IMG/VR virus record: IMGVR_UViG_3300030329_005426
Location: 32,001-96,000 of that record
From: a virus
Strand: one strand, 5' to 3'
Length of the DNA: 64,000 nucleotides
Part shown: in pieces, positions 9,569 to 19,421 of the stretch
Position numbering within the stretch: position 1 is the first letter of the stretch
Layout: every line of letters begins with the position of its first letter
The notes under the pieces: generated by a model
Databases searched by the model: none
Told to the model about the DNA's origin: nothing
Seen by the model: only the letters and a program-made list of their open reading frames with translations
Position numbers and translations under genes: made by a program

Positions 9569-10254
9569 TAACTTGCACTCCCACGCCGAGTTCCTGTCGC
9601 AGACCAAGTAATAGTATTACCATTTGAAACAATATAATAACCCGCAGCACCTCCTGATCCCTGTGGTGAAGGTTGACCTGCTGTACCAAGCCCGCCACCA
9701 GTACCAGCATTATGCCCAGCGGGACCACCAGCAGATGTACTAGCACCCGGATTACCCGGAGCATATCCTGCACCACCACCACCGGCACCTCCAGGATGTG
9801 TTGTGGGAGGGGTCGGATTAGGCGGATCATTTTCACCACCTGGTTGGTTTGGATTCGGACTAGATGTAGGATTACCTTGACGTCCTGCACCACCACCACC
9901 AGATACAGCACTATTATTTTGAATAGTCATTGGATATTGTGCACTAATAGCAGTACCACCGGCGACATGAGGTGCATTACCACCAGCACCCATAATATCA
10001 CCGTTATTAATAACAGTAATTTTGGAGCCAGGTGGAAATGGGTTCCCGGTAAGGAAGGCCGCGTTTGGTGAATTTGGGGCACCTTGAATTACACCAGAAT
10101 TGATTGTTACCGTAACATCTATAGGCCGGTTGGGATTCCAGTTTGAATTAGCAAGTATATAAGTGCGCATGTTGTGTTGGGTAGTTGTAGAACTTGTTAT
10201 ACTATATGAGTATAAAAAAGTTCCTCCACCGAACCATGGATTTCCTAACGCCAT
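9568..10254 (-). CDS. gp38-like glycine-rich receptor-binding adhesin
   Basis: VTVTINSGV, NNGDIMGAGG, IQNNSAVSGGGGAG, repeated poly-Gly motifs and C-terminal GGAAG...TW..TGTRRGS follow the T2/T6/S16 gp38 layout. Confidence 0.75.
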   Translation of the reverse strand: MALGNPWFGGGTFLYSYSITSSTTTQHNMRTYILANSNWNPNRPIDVTVTINSGVIQGAPNSPNAAFLTGNPFPPGSKITVINNGDIMGAGGNAPHVAGGTAISAQYPMTIQNNSAVSGGGGAGRQGNPTSSPNPNQPGGENDPPNPTPPTTHPGGAGGGGAGYAPGNPGASTSAGGPAGHNAGTGGGLGTAGQPSPQGSGGAAGYYIVSNGNTITWSATGTRRGSAS

Positions 10255-10286
10255 ATCATAAACCCTTCGTAGAATGCTTTATGAAT

Positions 10287-10315
10287 ATTATAAGGCATCT
10301 TAAACATAATATCAA
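10287..10315 (-). promoter_or_regulatory. sigma70-type (early) promoter with an overlapping palindrome
   Basis: TTGATA-N17-TATAAT on the minus strand; imperfect inverted repeat ATGCTTTATGA-ATA-TTATAAGGCAT covers the -10 box. Confidence 0.65.
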
Positions 10316-10320
10316 CCCTT

Positions 10321-11493
10321 TTAACTAAATGTCTTATTAACATCGCCAAGTAGAATTCTACCAGGTGCTAATACAAAATAAGGAATCAAGTCAGTTGCAC
10401 CTGCGGCTGTTGAAAGTGTAATTCCAGATCCACTCGTAGTTTCGTAATCTGTACCAAGCGAAAGTGTTCTGCTTCCTGAGCCATCTTGAATAATAACAAT
10501 CGTCCCTGTACAACCAGATACTTCTGTTGATGGATTAGCTAATGTAATATTACCAGTTGCGGTTAATCTAAAGTGCTGATAACTTCCGAAATCAAGTGTA
10601 ACAGAACCAGTTGCACTGGTATTCGTATTAATAGCTGAGTTTGCGGTGCCCTTTACTTGAACACCAATGCTCGTCGTCGCAAACTTATTAACATTATTAT
10701 GGTAAAGATCAACAGCACCATTCAACGTAGTGGTAATAGCATTTTCACTTGTTGAGGAAGTTCTGAAATAGAAGTTATCGGCTTGCACATAGAAGTCACC
10801 AGTTCCACTATGAGACAATGCTGAATTATTTCCATCGTGGTAAATTGACAAGTCATTAGCATTACCAAAATTAACCCTATGGCTATCTTCGAATCTAGTG
10901 TTTGCTTGCATTACAATCTGACCAGTTACTGTACCACCTGCTTTTGGTAGTGCGGCAGACGCGGTCGTTGCAGTTGCAGCAATATAAGAGTTCGTATTAG
11001 CTAGGTTACTAGCTTGCTTAGCCTCTTGTGTATCAAGAGCAGACTGTGTATTCGTATTTAATAGTCGTATTGCTGTATTAGTAGCTAATAAGTTTGTATT
11101 AAGATTGCCAATTGCTAAGTTAGTATTAGCCAACTGTACGTCTGTTGACATTGATGCAATATAGGCATTAGTATTGGCCAGCGCTGCAAGATGATCTGCT
11201 TGGCTTGCCTTTGTAGCAATGTATGTGTTTGTATTTGCTAGGTTACTAGCTTGTTTTGCTTCTTGAGTATCTAGATCAGCTTGACTTGCTTTTAGTGCTA
11301 GTTGAGTCGAATTGGCATAACGTGAATCAGAATCTTGACCCTTTACGTTCAAGGCGACGTTCGCAGATATTGTATTTGCATACAGTGCAGACTCTGAGAC
11401 AGCAAACTGATTCAGTCTAACATACGACTTATTTGCCGATGATAACCAGTCTGTGAATGTCTGGGATGAAACTATTTCAGATATCTGTGTCAT
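10321..11493 (-). CDS. tail fibre protein (paralog 2) with LANTN coiled-coil repeats
   Basis: Duplicated LDTQEAKQASNLANTN.YIA; LPKAGGTVTG and FGNANDLSIYHDG fibre motifs; C-terminal QDGSGSRTL domain. Confidence 0.75.
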   Translation of the reverse strand: MTQISEIVSSQTFTDWLSSANKSYVRLNQFAVSESALYANTISANVALNVKGQDSDSRYANSTQLALKASQADLDTQEAKQASNLANTNTYIATKASQADHLAALANTNAYIASMSTDVQLANTNLAIGNLNTNLLATNTAIRLLNTNTQSALDTQEAKQASNLANTNSYIAATATTASAALPKAGGTVTGQIVMQANTRFEDSHRVNFGNANDLSIYHDGNNSALSHSGTGDFYVQADNFYFRTSSTSENAITTTLNGAVDLYHNNVNKFATTSIGVQVKGTANSAINTNTSATGSVTLDFGSYQHFRLTATGNITLANPSTEVSGCTGTIVIIQDGSGSRTLSLGTDYETTSGSGITLSTAAGATDLIPYFVLAPGRILLGDVNKTFS

Positions 11494-11511
11494 GTCTTTA
11501 TTTATCCTTTA

Positions 11512-13002
11512 TTAAGCATATGCCTGAGTGACCGGCGCAAGTAAAATTCGTCCAGGGCCTACTATATAATAAGGAACAACATCGGTTGCACTTGCAGCTG
11601 TTGATAAAGTAATTCCACCTCCATTTTCAGTTTCGTAATCAGTGCCGAGTGAAAGAGTTCGGCTTCCTGTACCATCTTGTTTAAATACAATCAATCCACT
11701 CTGTCCTGTTCTTTCTGTTGTTGGATTGGCTAATGTTACAGCACCTGAAAGAGTGAGATAAAAATTTTGATATGTTTCAAAATCTAGTGTAACAGATCCG
11801 GATGTTGTAACAGTATACTGAGAGCAATTAGCTGATTTAGTAACCCATGTAGTACCTAAAGATGTTGATCCACCTGTCATACTCGTCGTACCATTAACAG
11901 TCAGCGCGGTTAATGTACCTACCGAAGTAATATTCGGTTGAGCAGCTGTGCCTAACGTACCATAAACATTATCGGCATACAATGTTTGCCATTCGTTCCC
12001 AGAGGCACCTAGATCATATGTACTATCTGTTCCAGGAACCACATTGGCTGTTGCTTTAATACTTTGAGAAAGAATTTGTACTTTAGTCGCACCATTCGCA
12101 ACAAAGCTTATTTCATCAGCAGCACCATCTATCCGCGTATCAGCATCCCATCTTATATGTTGTCCTGTATCAATCGCAATATTACCACCGGAGATGTGTA
12201 ATTTTTGTGTAGGAGAAGTCTGACCTATACCTACATTTTTCGATGAGTTAATTGTTACTACTTCAGTACCACCCGAATACCACGATGCTGTATTAGCTGA
12301 TGTTTGTTTAATTTCAACATTAGCTCCGAAACGAACACCCTTACCTGATGATAATGTAAGTCCATCACCACCAAAGTCTAGGATTTCTGTTGTCGATCCA
12401 CTACTTAAAGCTTTGACAACAATCTTACCATCTTCTGTTCCTGCCGATTGATCGACAATTTCACCAATCAGTGAGGCGTAATCTTTTACAACAGCAGCGT
12501 TATTTTTTCCTCTAAAGTTCATTTGGCCGAGTAAATCAGTACCAGCAGGTGTTGCACTATTTCTATAAAGAGTAAATAGTGGTGCAGCCGAGGCGCCTGA
12601 GTTACTATTTTCTATTACTGCTTCATCTGTAACAGCGTCAAGATAGACATGAAACTTTTCCGTTGGCGTTGCATGGAACCCGACATTAGCTCCCTTCAAA
12701 ATTAATCTATCATTACCAGCAATAGTAAATTTAACAATATCATCAACACCTGCTGACAAAGTACTATCTTGATCAGCATCAAGCATAATGGTTTGGCCAT
12801 TAGCATTAAAGGCTGACTGTAGAATTGTATTACCCGATGATTTAAAACTTGAAGCAATAAAATTTACATTTGCTACAATTGTATTAGCATATAATGTTGA
12901 TTCATTTACGGCAAACTGATTGAGCCGAGAGAAAGCCTGATTAGACCGTATTCTCCACGCGTCAAATGTATCTGTTAAATTGACGTTTGCAATAGCTGCC
13001 AT
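11512..13002 (-). CDS. tail fibre protein (paralog 1)
   Basis: N-terminal TDTFDAWRIRSN anchor, NVGIGQTSPTQKLHISG, YDLG...W..LY and TAAQPNITSVGTLT; C-terminal domain shared with 10321-11493. Confidence 0.78.
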   Translation of the reverse strand: MAAIANVNLTDTFDAWRIRSNQAFSRLNQFAVNESTLYANTIVANVNFIASSFKSSGNTILQSAFNANGQTIMLDADQDSTLSAGVDDIVKFTIAGNDRLILKGANVGFHATPTEKFHVYLDAVTDEAVIENSNSGASAAPLFTLYRNSATPAGTDLLGQMNFRGKNNAAVVKDYASLIGEIVDQSAGTEDGKIVVKALSSGSTTEILDFGGDGLTLSSGKGVRFGANVEIKQTSANTASWYSGGTEVVTINSSKNVGIGQTSPTQKLHISGGNIAIDTGQHIRWDADTRIDGAADEISFVANGATKVQILSQSIKATANVVPGTDSTYDLGASGNEWQTLYADNVYGTLGTAAQPNITSVGTLTALTVNGTTSMTGGSTSLGTTWVTKSANCSQYTVTTSGSVTLDFETYQNFYLTLSGAVTLANPTTERTGQSGLIVFKQDGTGSRTLSLGTDYETENGGGITLSTAASATDVVPYYIVGPGRILLAPVTQAYA

Positions 13003-13004
13003 GG

Positions 13005-13238
13005 TTATTTCCCTGCCTTATCTATTAATTGATGAAGCAAGCCTTTAATATCGGAAATCTCTGTTTTCAATTCTTCGACTTCTTCTAATACATTATTTAC
13101 CCGTTGACTATACTTCTTCTTCTTTTTATATTGCGCTAAAGCGTCTAAATCTGTATTAACAATAGCAGTAGAATCTACTCTCCTGTACCAGCCGACAGCA
13201 TCTTCTACTTTCAAAAAATTTGCATTTTCTCTTCCCAT
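13005..13238 (-). CDS. small conserved virion-cluster protein
   Basis: RVDSTAIVNTD...ELKTEISDIKGLLHQL coiled coil, directly after the VrlC-like gene. Confidence 0.6.
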   Translation of the reverse strand: MGRENANFLKVEDAVGWYRRVDSTAIVNTDLDALAQYKKKKKYSQRVNNVLEEVEELKTEISDIKGLLHQLIDKAGK

Positions 13239-13242
13239 GATA

Positions 13243-16200
13243 TTATACCAATAACGCTATAGCTCGAATATCTTTCATTCGAGGTGGATTTGTTTTAGTA
13301 GAAGATAACATTACAACCTTAAGTCTAAAACGCTTATATCCTTTAAATGAAACACCTTGACTATTAGTATACTCTACTTCACCACCAGCTCCAGTTAATT
13401 TTGCTTCAGGAAAACTATACGTGTATTCTTTAAAGTCTGTTGTATCTTCATTGTCCGATACAATTGCTGAATTAGTATCTTGTTCTAATGCTTGCCAAGA
13501 TGCATCTTCCATTGTATCACTATCATCAGCATTAATTACTTTTGCATATACTTCAATTGTCGCTGATGCGTTTTTATATGCTGTGATATAAACTTTTAGA
13601 TCATCGCTATCTTGACCATCATCAAGTGTAACTGTCTTAGTAATATACCTGCATTGTGCATTACCGCCTGCCGTATTAGCTTCGCCGGTTGAATCGTTAT
13701 TGATAAGATTTTTAACAGTTGTTAAATCAAATCTTTCAACATCAACCGCAGGTGATACAGATACATCTTGACTGCTTAATGTTAGTTTATATTCAGCTGA
13801 TTTTTCACTATTGAGCGTTGCAATTTCATTACTTCTACTTAGAATATATCGTGCTCTGGCAGGAAAATGTGTATTCTCGTTTGCATTCATTGTTATAAAG
13901 TTTGCATCACGTGCTGATACTGATGTCGCCCATTTTGCAGCTGTAGTTAACGTCGCACCTTTAGGTACAAGTGCTTGTTGTTTTGTATGAACAGAATGAA
14001 CGGACAAATTATCTATTGTCGTAATTCTCGATGTTGCTTGAGAAACGCCCTGACCTTTAATCCATGTATTAGCCGCAAATGAACCTGATGTGTTTGCAAG
14101 ATGTAGATAATTATTACCTGCTGTCACTGTATCATAGAAATACACTTTACCTGTTGGTGTTGTAGTACTACTTAATGTTCCAGTAACGCCAGTTGTTAAA
14201 TTATTAGAATGTTTAAATGTAATAGTTTCACCATCACTAAACATTGTTGATGTAACGTTTGATACTCTTACAGTTGAAGATGATACATTTGTTACAAAAC
14301 CGTTCGCACCAGAGCTTCCGCCACTAGCATAAATTGTATTAGCTGCCGTATCCAATCCAGAAACGGTAGCGCCCATAGTCATGGTTGTTTCACCACGAAC
14401 CTCTTCGCCTGATGCATAAAACCCTGTTGATACATTATCGACGGATAGGTATTCTTTATTGGCGTTCTTAAGAATAGCTGTTCCATTTGTATTCTGGAAT
14501 GAGCAATAATATAGATTAAATTTAAGATCTTCTTCTTGGATAGGTGACCAAGTTTTATTATTCGATGAAGCATATAAGATACCCGAAAACGGCCTTTTTG
14601 AAATGCGTTCACCTGTGATTGTATCTTTACCACCTAGCCGTGCCACATAAGCTCTATAATCTGGGTTTTGGCCACCTGGCCTTACTACAAAAGCATATTC
14701 CATATTATTAAGTAAGAATACGGGTGTAGTGAAATAAACCGGTGTTGGTGCCGAACCATCTTCACTAATATTAACGTGTTCTGGTTCCACACCGATAATT
14801 CCGAAAGGAAGAATCTTATTTGTAATCGCTTGTGCAGATTGATCTACTTCTCGAATTTCACACCATACAGGTAATGTTTTATGTTTGGTTCTAAAGAACA
14901 AATCAATTTTAGATAAGAACACTCCACCGGCACTAAATGATCCCATTTGATCCCATGAATTAACATGGAATGTTTGAGCGAGTGGTTCATCACCACCATC
15001 ATCACCACAACCGTCACCGTCGCCATCCCAATCATCAAAAAATTGAGGAGGAGGTGGAAATGGAGTAAACGAAGATGATGTAGAACTAGATACTAATGTT
15101 CTCTGCTCTCGTACATCTTGGAAACCTAATGTTGCTTGTCGTGTTGATAGAACAGTTTCCTGTTTCTCTTGATGTAATCCCTGTGCTGTATATTGTGATT
15201 GTGCTGATGTTACAACCTGGCCTTCTTCATTACCATTATTAAATGAATCGGTTAACCTAAACATTTTTGTTCCGGTACGAAATTTTAGATTATCATCATT
15301 TGGCAATCTGAATATACCATAGAAGTTACCATCATCATCAGTTTGAAGTCTAGATCCCTCACTGCCTGTATTAGCATATTCACTATTAGCAGGGGTAATA
15401 TAAGCATTTACATCTACACTATCGAAGAAACCGTATATCCTAGTACTAGGCTTCATGCCACGCGCGGCAATTAAAACTGGCCGTGAGCGCATATAACCCA
15501 CAATATTCATATTAACTACTTTACTGCCTAATCTAGTTGTTTCTGTAGATTCATTAACCGTTGCAGTTACACCCGAACGTGTTTGATTTTGTGTAGTAGT
15601 TGTTGTTGTACTTGTAGTAATACCGGCTCCACTTGTAGATGAAGATGTGGATGAAGTTGATCCAGACCAAACCGTTTCCCAACTATTCCATTGAGTACCC
15701 CAAGCATTTGCCAAGTTAACCCAGTTCTGTGAGTTGTTATCAAAATCAACGGTAAGATCAGGTTTTGTAGTAGTATCAACCCATGTGTCTCCATCAGGTG
15801 AAAGAACTAATTGTCCGTTCCATCTCCACATTAAACCTGCTGTGTTTCGAATAGTCGAAGCATATTTTTGATTAATAACCTGATCATGAGAATATGGTAA
15901 TGTAATTAACTTGCCAGTCGTACCACTCATATCCATTGCAGTTTTCACTTCAGAGATTGTAGATGATGTGCTACTTGCACCTCCGACAGCACTTGCACCT
16001 GCAATAAATGTGCCGGTCACATCTTCGATATAAAGTCTTGTTCCGACCTGATACGTTAGTTTACCAGAAGCAGCACCGGCTGTAATTGTTTCGCCATTAG
16101 TATATGTACCTGAAGCTATTTCAATTCGAACATCCGATGGGTTAATCACAGTACCTGCACTATTAGCAGAATGATAAACCATATCAGAATTATCGATTTT

Positions 16201-19200
16201 AAAAGTAGGTCTAGCCTCACCGGCTGTAGGATCAATAGCGACCGCATAGTCTACATCAACAGTGTCGCCCACTCTATGCCCCGAGAAATTATCGACAAGG
16301 ATGCCATTTTTAAATCTATTATTACCAGCGACATCAGAAATAGCAAGATCACTTGCTTCTTTTTCAAGCAATGATAATGAAGTATAATATTCAAGACGTC
16401 CAATTCTACGATCAAGATCACCAATATCTCTCATTGTATATCGACGTTGATCCAGCTTTTCTAGTGTAATACCAAGATCCGCTCGGCCCGCTTTAGTAGC
16501 TTCAAGCATCGGTAATGACGGATATGGTGTAAGTCTTAGTTTAGCCAATACAATTGCATCACCAGGCTCTGGCGGGCCTGCCGGATGCAGTGAGGGTGAT
16601 CCCTTAACAACTTGTAATGACCCTGACTTGTTAAGACAAATTAAATCAACGCGTTTTAGATAATAAGAAAGGTCAACTGTAAAGCTTTCATTCGGTGGCA
16701 TAAAATATACACCGCCGCTTGGTTGATCTATACTTGTACTTGTTGCTGGGTTAACCGAGGCTGAACCGACTGATTGTGTAGCAGTAGCTGTATCAGCAAT
16801 ACGTGGCCTGATATCAAAGCTGTCTCGTAAACTAAATGATTTACCATCAGTTGGTGAAATATAAACTGGTATCTGTTCTGTCTGAATAGCATTTGTATTA
16901 GCACTATTGTTATCATCTATTGGATAACTATCAACACTAAAGTATCCAACACCTGTTGCAGTACTATGGGTAAAGTAACATAACTCTACCAAAAATACAT
17001 CATTAGATCCAACGGTATGTGTTCCTGTTCCCTTCTTCTTTAATTTAGCATGATCATAGAAATTGTCATTCTGCCCTGTAATTAATTCAAAAGAAGATGT
17101 AACATCGGTTCCTTGAGACGCCGATGTAAATAATGTATCATCTGTTCTAGCACGTACCGAAATAATTTTAAAAACATCTGAAAGGCCGAGATTCCAAGGG
17201 CCTGTGGTAGTCGCTGAATGCGATGAACATCTGATTTGAACATAATAACTTTTCCTAACAGTCTTAGCTTTTTCACGCCCGTCAACCTTTTTAAGCTCGG
17301 TCGTTACTGTAGCAGACATTGTACTATTAAGTGTTTCTTGGATATCAAAAGAAGCTGATGTGGTAGATCCAATGGTTACTGACCTATTACCATCTGCACC
17401 AACACCACCCATATCAATTACTTGTCCTGGCGTAAATTGTTTAGTAGCAGCTGCACCTGATACCGCACCAGATGGTTGCTGATGCAATGTCATACTAGTT
17501 GTACTTGCGATAGAATTAACAGTATACGTCGTTGCGTCGCCGACAAATTTAATTCGATCTCCAGTATTTAATTGGGTTGACATTGCAGTACCTGAACCAG
17601 TAACAGTAGTGCTACTAGCAGATGTTGTAAATGTTCCTGTTAATGTCGAGTTATTATTTCCAGAGGCATTTGTAACAACCCAAAAACCACCGCGCTTCTG
17701 TGTCGCATTCAGTGCACCTGTAGAAAACGGCCATTGCTCATCTGAGTTATCCGTAGTAATAGTAAAGGTACCATCTGTTGCAATAGTAACATCAAATTTG
17801 TAATGAAATTTAAAATTATTATCAAGTGAACCACCCGCGTCTCGTAATGTTTTAATATAAGAAGCAGGAATTGGATAAATGGCTCTATTAAAACTTGTCT
17901 CGTTTAATTTTGCAACACTATTTGTGAGAACGATATCGGCTCGAGCGTCAGCAGTAGATGATTGATTATAAACAATAGAACGTGTATTACTAAAAGCGGC
18001 ATTAGACATTTTGATATCATATAGATATGCAGATGCCGATCCATCATTCGATCCTTTAGTACCGGAAGAATGTTGTAATGATCTTATCCGTGCATGACCA
18101 ATAACAGCACCGGCTGGTCCTGTTGTACTAACTTCTCCATTACTAACTGCATTCGAGGGAGCGTTTCTAAGCTCAACCTGTGCATGTGAATCTGTTGGAA
18201 AGTTACCTACTACTTCATCAACGGTTACATAGTTACCGTAGTTAGCAGGAATAGTAAGTGCTTCAATATCTTCGGTGCTATTTGCTTTTTCAACCCTAAC
18301 TCTGCGTGTTGAAATAAGTTCTAAATCATATCCGCTAACATATGCTTTACCTGGTTCGACAGATACTGCAAGTAAGTTTGTATTACCTGGATTAGTTGAA
18401 TCAGTAGAAAGAAATAACCCACCATTGTTTCCATCTTTAAGATGTTCGGAAACCTTTACTTGTAATCCACGAACAACATAATCACCGGATTCGTCAAATG
18501 TTCTTCCAGCCATATAATCTCTAATCTTATTATATGGTGGTTTTATTGTATCGTTACTTACTATTTTACCATTTCGTAATTCTGCGATCTGAATAAATGT
18601 ATTAGCGGCTGTATTAGCCTCATCATATGTCATTAACTTGGTAGATAGTTTTAATCGGTTAGCACCTGGTGCTGCATAGTTATATGCGCCTTGTGCGGGA
18701 TCAAGTAACGTAGTATCTAATTCAGATGATACGATATCTTCGACAACTTTAAAACCAACACGGCCTGTATAATGTCGTCCGTATTTTTGAAGAATAATTG
18801 TTTGTTCTTCTGATCTAATAAAGTGATCTTTGGCATATAGAACACCTTCACCAACGGTCATCATTATACCATTACCAGTGGCCTGCGAAACTGTACTAAT
18901 TAAATTTGCCTGATACACTGGCGATGTATTAGATGAAATCTGTTCCCCAGCATTAAATACATTAGAAGCACCATTTGAGCTGCCTTTAGTGTATCTAATA
19001 TACATTGTTTTAAAATCAGGATCAGATGCTTCGGCACCTTCAACTACTCTAGTAACTTCTGCTTGTGCGCCTGAAGTTCCGCCTGTAATTAATGAACCTA
19101 CGAAATTACTTAATGTAACTGTTGATCCGTTTGATGAAGTATCTCTGACTCGAACAAATTGAATCTGAGGTTCCAGAACTGTCTCACCACCACTTATAAA

Positions 19201-19401
19201 TTTACCTTCCTTGAACATATGTGAACCAAAGCGATCGATCTGATTCTGCAAAATAGATTGCATCTGCGTAAGCTCACGAGCCTGCACAGCCATTCCGGGA
19301 CGGAATAACATTCGATGGAAGTTTTTCGACTCATCAAAATCATCATAATATGGGTCGACGTTAAAGTCGGTACTGAGCGAAGAATTATTAGATTGAGACA
19401 T
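13243..19401 (-). CDS. large baseplate/structural protein (VrlC / DUF4815-like)
   Basis: FNVDPYYDDFD...LFRPGMAVQARELTQMQSILQNQI, APGANRLK, RTFDESGDY, RRYTMRDIG, RFKNGILVDNF, PLAQTF, DIRAIAL. Confidence 0.88.
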   Translation of the reverse strand: MSQSNNSSLSTDFNVDPYYDDFDESKNFHRMLFRPGMAVQARELTQMQSILQNQIDRFGSHMFKEGKFISGGETVLEPQIQFVRVRDTSSNGSTVTLSNFVGSLITGGTSGAQAEVTRVVEGAEASDPDFKTMYIRYTKGSSNGASNVFNAGEQISSNTSPVYQANLISTVSQATGNGIMMTVGEGVLYAKDHFIRSEEQTIILQKYGRHYTGRVGFKVVEDIVSSELDTTLLDPAQGAYNYAAPGANRLKLSTKLMTYDEANTAANTFIQIAELRNGKIVSNDTIKPPYNKIRDYMAGRTFDESGDYVVRGLQVKVSEHLKDGNNGGLFLSTDSTNPGNTNLLAVSVEPGKAYVSGYDLELISTRRVRVEKANSTEDIEALTIPANYGNYVTVDEVVGNFPTDSHAQVELRNAPSNAVSNGEVSTTGPAGAVIGHARIRSLQHSSGTKGSNDGSASAYLYDIKMSNAAFSNTRSIVYNQSSTADARADIVLTNSVAKLNETSFNRAIYPIPASYIKTLRDAGGSLDNNFKFHYKFDVTIATDGTFTITTDNSDEQWPFSTGALNATQKRGGFWVVTNASGNNNSTLTGTFTTSASSTTVTGSGTAMSTQLNTGDRIKFVGDATTYTVNSIASTTSMTLHQQPSGAVSGAAATKQFTPGQVIDMGGVGADGNRSVTIGSTTSASFDIQETLNSTMSATVTTELKKVDGREKAKTVRKSYYVQIRCSSHSATTTGPWNLGLSDVFKIISVRARTDDTLFTSASQGTDVTSSFELITGQNDNFYDHAKLKKKGTGTHTVGSNDVFLVELCYFTHSTATGVGYFSVDSYPIDDNNSANTNAIQTEQIPVYISPTDGKSFSLRDSFDIRPRIADTATATQSVGSASVNPATSTSIDQPSGGVYFMPPNESFTVDLSYYLKRVDLICLNKSGSLQVVKGSPSLHPAGPPEPGDAIVLAKLRLTPYPSLPMLEATKAGRADLGITLEKLDQRRYTMRDIGDLDRRIGRLEYYTSLSLLEKEASDLAISDVAGNNRFKNGILVDNFSGHRVGDTVDVDYAVAIDPTAGEARPTFKIDNSDMVYHSANSAGTVINPSDVRIEIASGTYTNGETITAGAASGKLTYQVGTRLYIEDVTGTFIAGASAVGGASSTSSTISEVKTAMDMSGTTGKLITLPYSHDQVINQKYASTIRNTAGLMWRWNGQLVLSPDGDTWVDTTTKPDLTVDFDNNSQNWVNLANAWGTQWNSWETVWSGSTSSTSSSTSGAGITTSTTTTTTQNQTRSGVTATVNESTETTRLGSKVVNMNIVGYMRSRPVLIAARGMKPSTRIYGFFDSVDVNAYITPANSEYANTGSEGSRLQTDDDGNFYGIFRLPNDDNLKFRTGTKMFRLTDSFNNGNEEGQVVTSAQSQYTAQGLHQEKQETVLSTRQATLGFQDVREQRTLVSSSTSSSFTPFPPPPQFFDDWDGDGDGCGDDGGDEPLAQTFHVNSWDQMGSFSAGGVFLSKIDLFFRTKHKTLPVWCEIREVDQSAQAITNKILPFGIIGVEPEHVNISEDGSAPTPVYFTTPVFLLNNMEYAFVVRPGGQNPDYRAYVARLGGKDTITGERISKRPFSGILYASSNNKTWSPIQEEDLKFNLYYCSFQNTNGTAILKNANKEYLSVDNVSTGFYASGEEVRGETTMTMGATVSGLDTAANTIYASGGSSGANGFVTNVSSSTVRVSNVTSTMFSDGETITFKHSNNLTTGVTGTLSSTTTPTGKVYFYDTVTAGNNYLHLANTSGSFAANTWIKGQGVSQATSRITTIDNLSVHSVHTKQQALVPKGATLTTAAKWATSVSARDANFITMNANENTHFPARARYILSRSNEIATLNSEKSAEYKLTLSSQDVSVSPAVDVERFDLTTVKNLINNDSTGEANTAGGNAQCRYITKTVTLDDGQDSDDLKVYITAYKNASATIEVYAKVINADDSDTMEDASWQALEQDTNSAIVSDNEDTTDFKEYTYSFPEAKLTGAGGEVEYTNSQGVSFKGYKRFRLKVVMLSSTKTNPPRMKDIRAIALLV

Positions 19402-19421
19402 TTACAACGAGCTCCGCTAAT

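Noticed and set aside
10321-13002. Diversity-generating retroelement or invertible tail-fibre switch
   Set aside because: The paralog similarity is in direct orientation with ordinary synonymous divergence, and no reverse transcriptase or invertase is present in the window.
13243-19401. Intein or intron in the 2052-aa protein
   Set aside because: I saw no Hint-type C/S...HN motifs or homing endonuclease signature, and the reading frame is uninterrupted.
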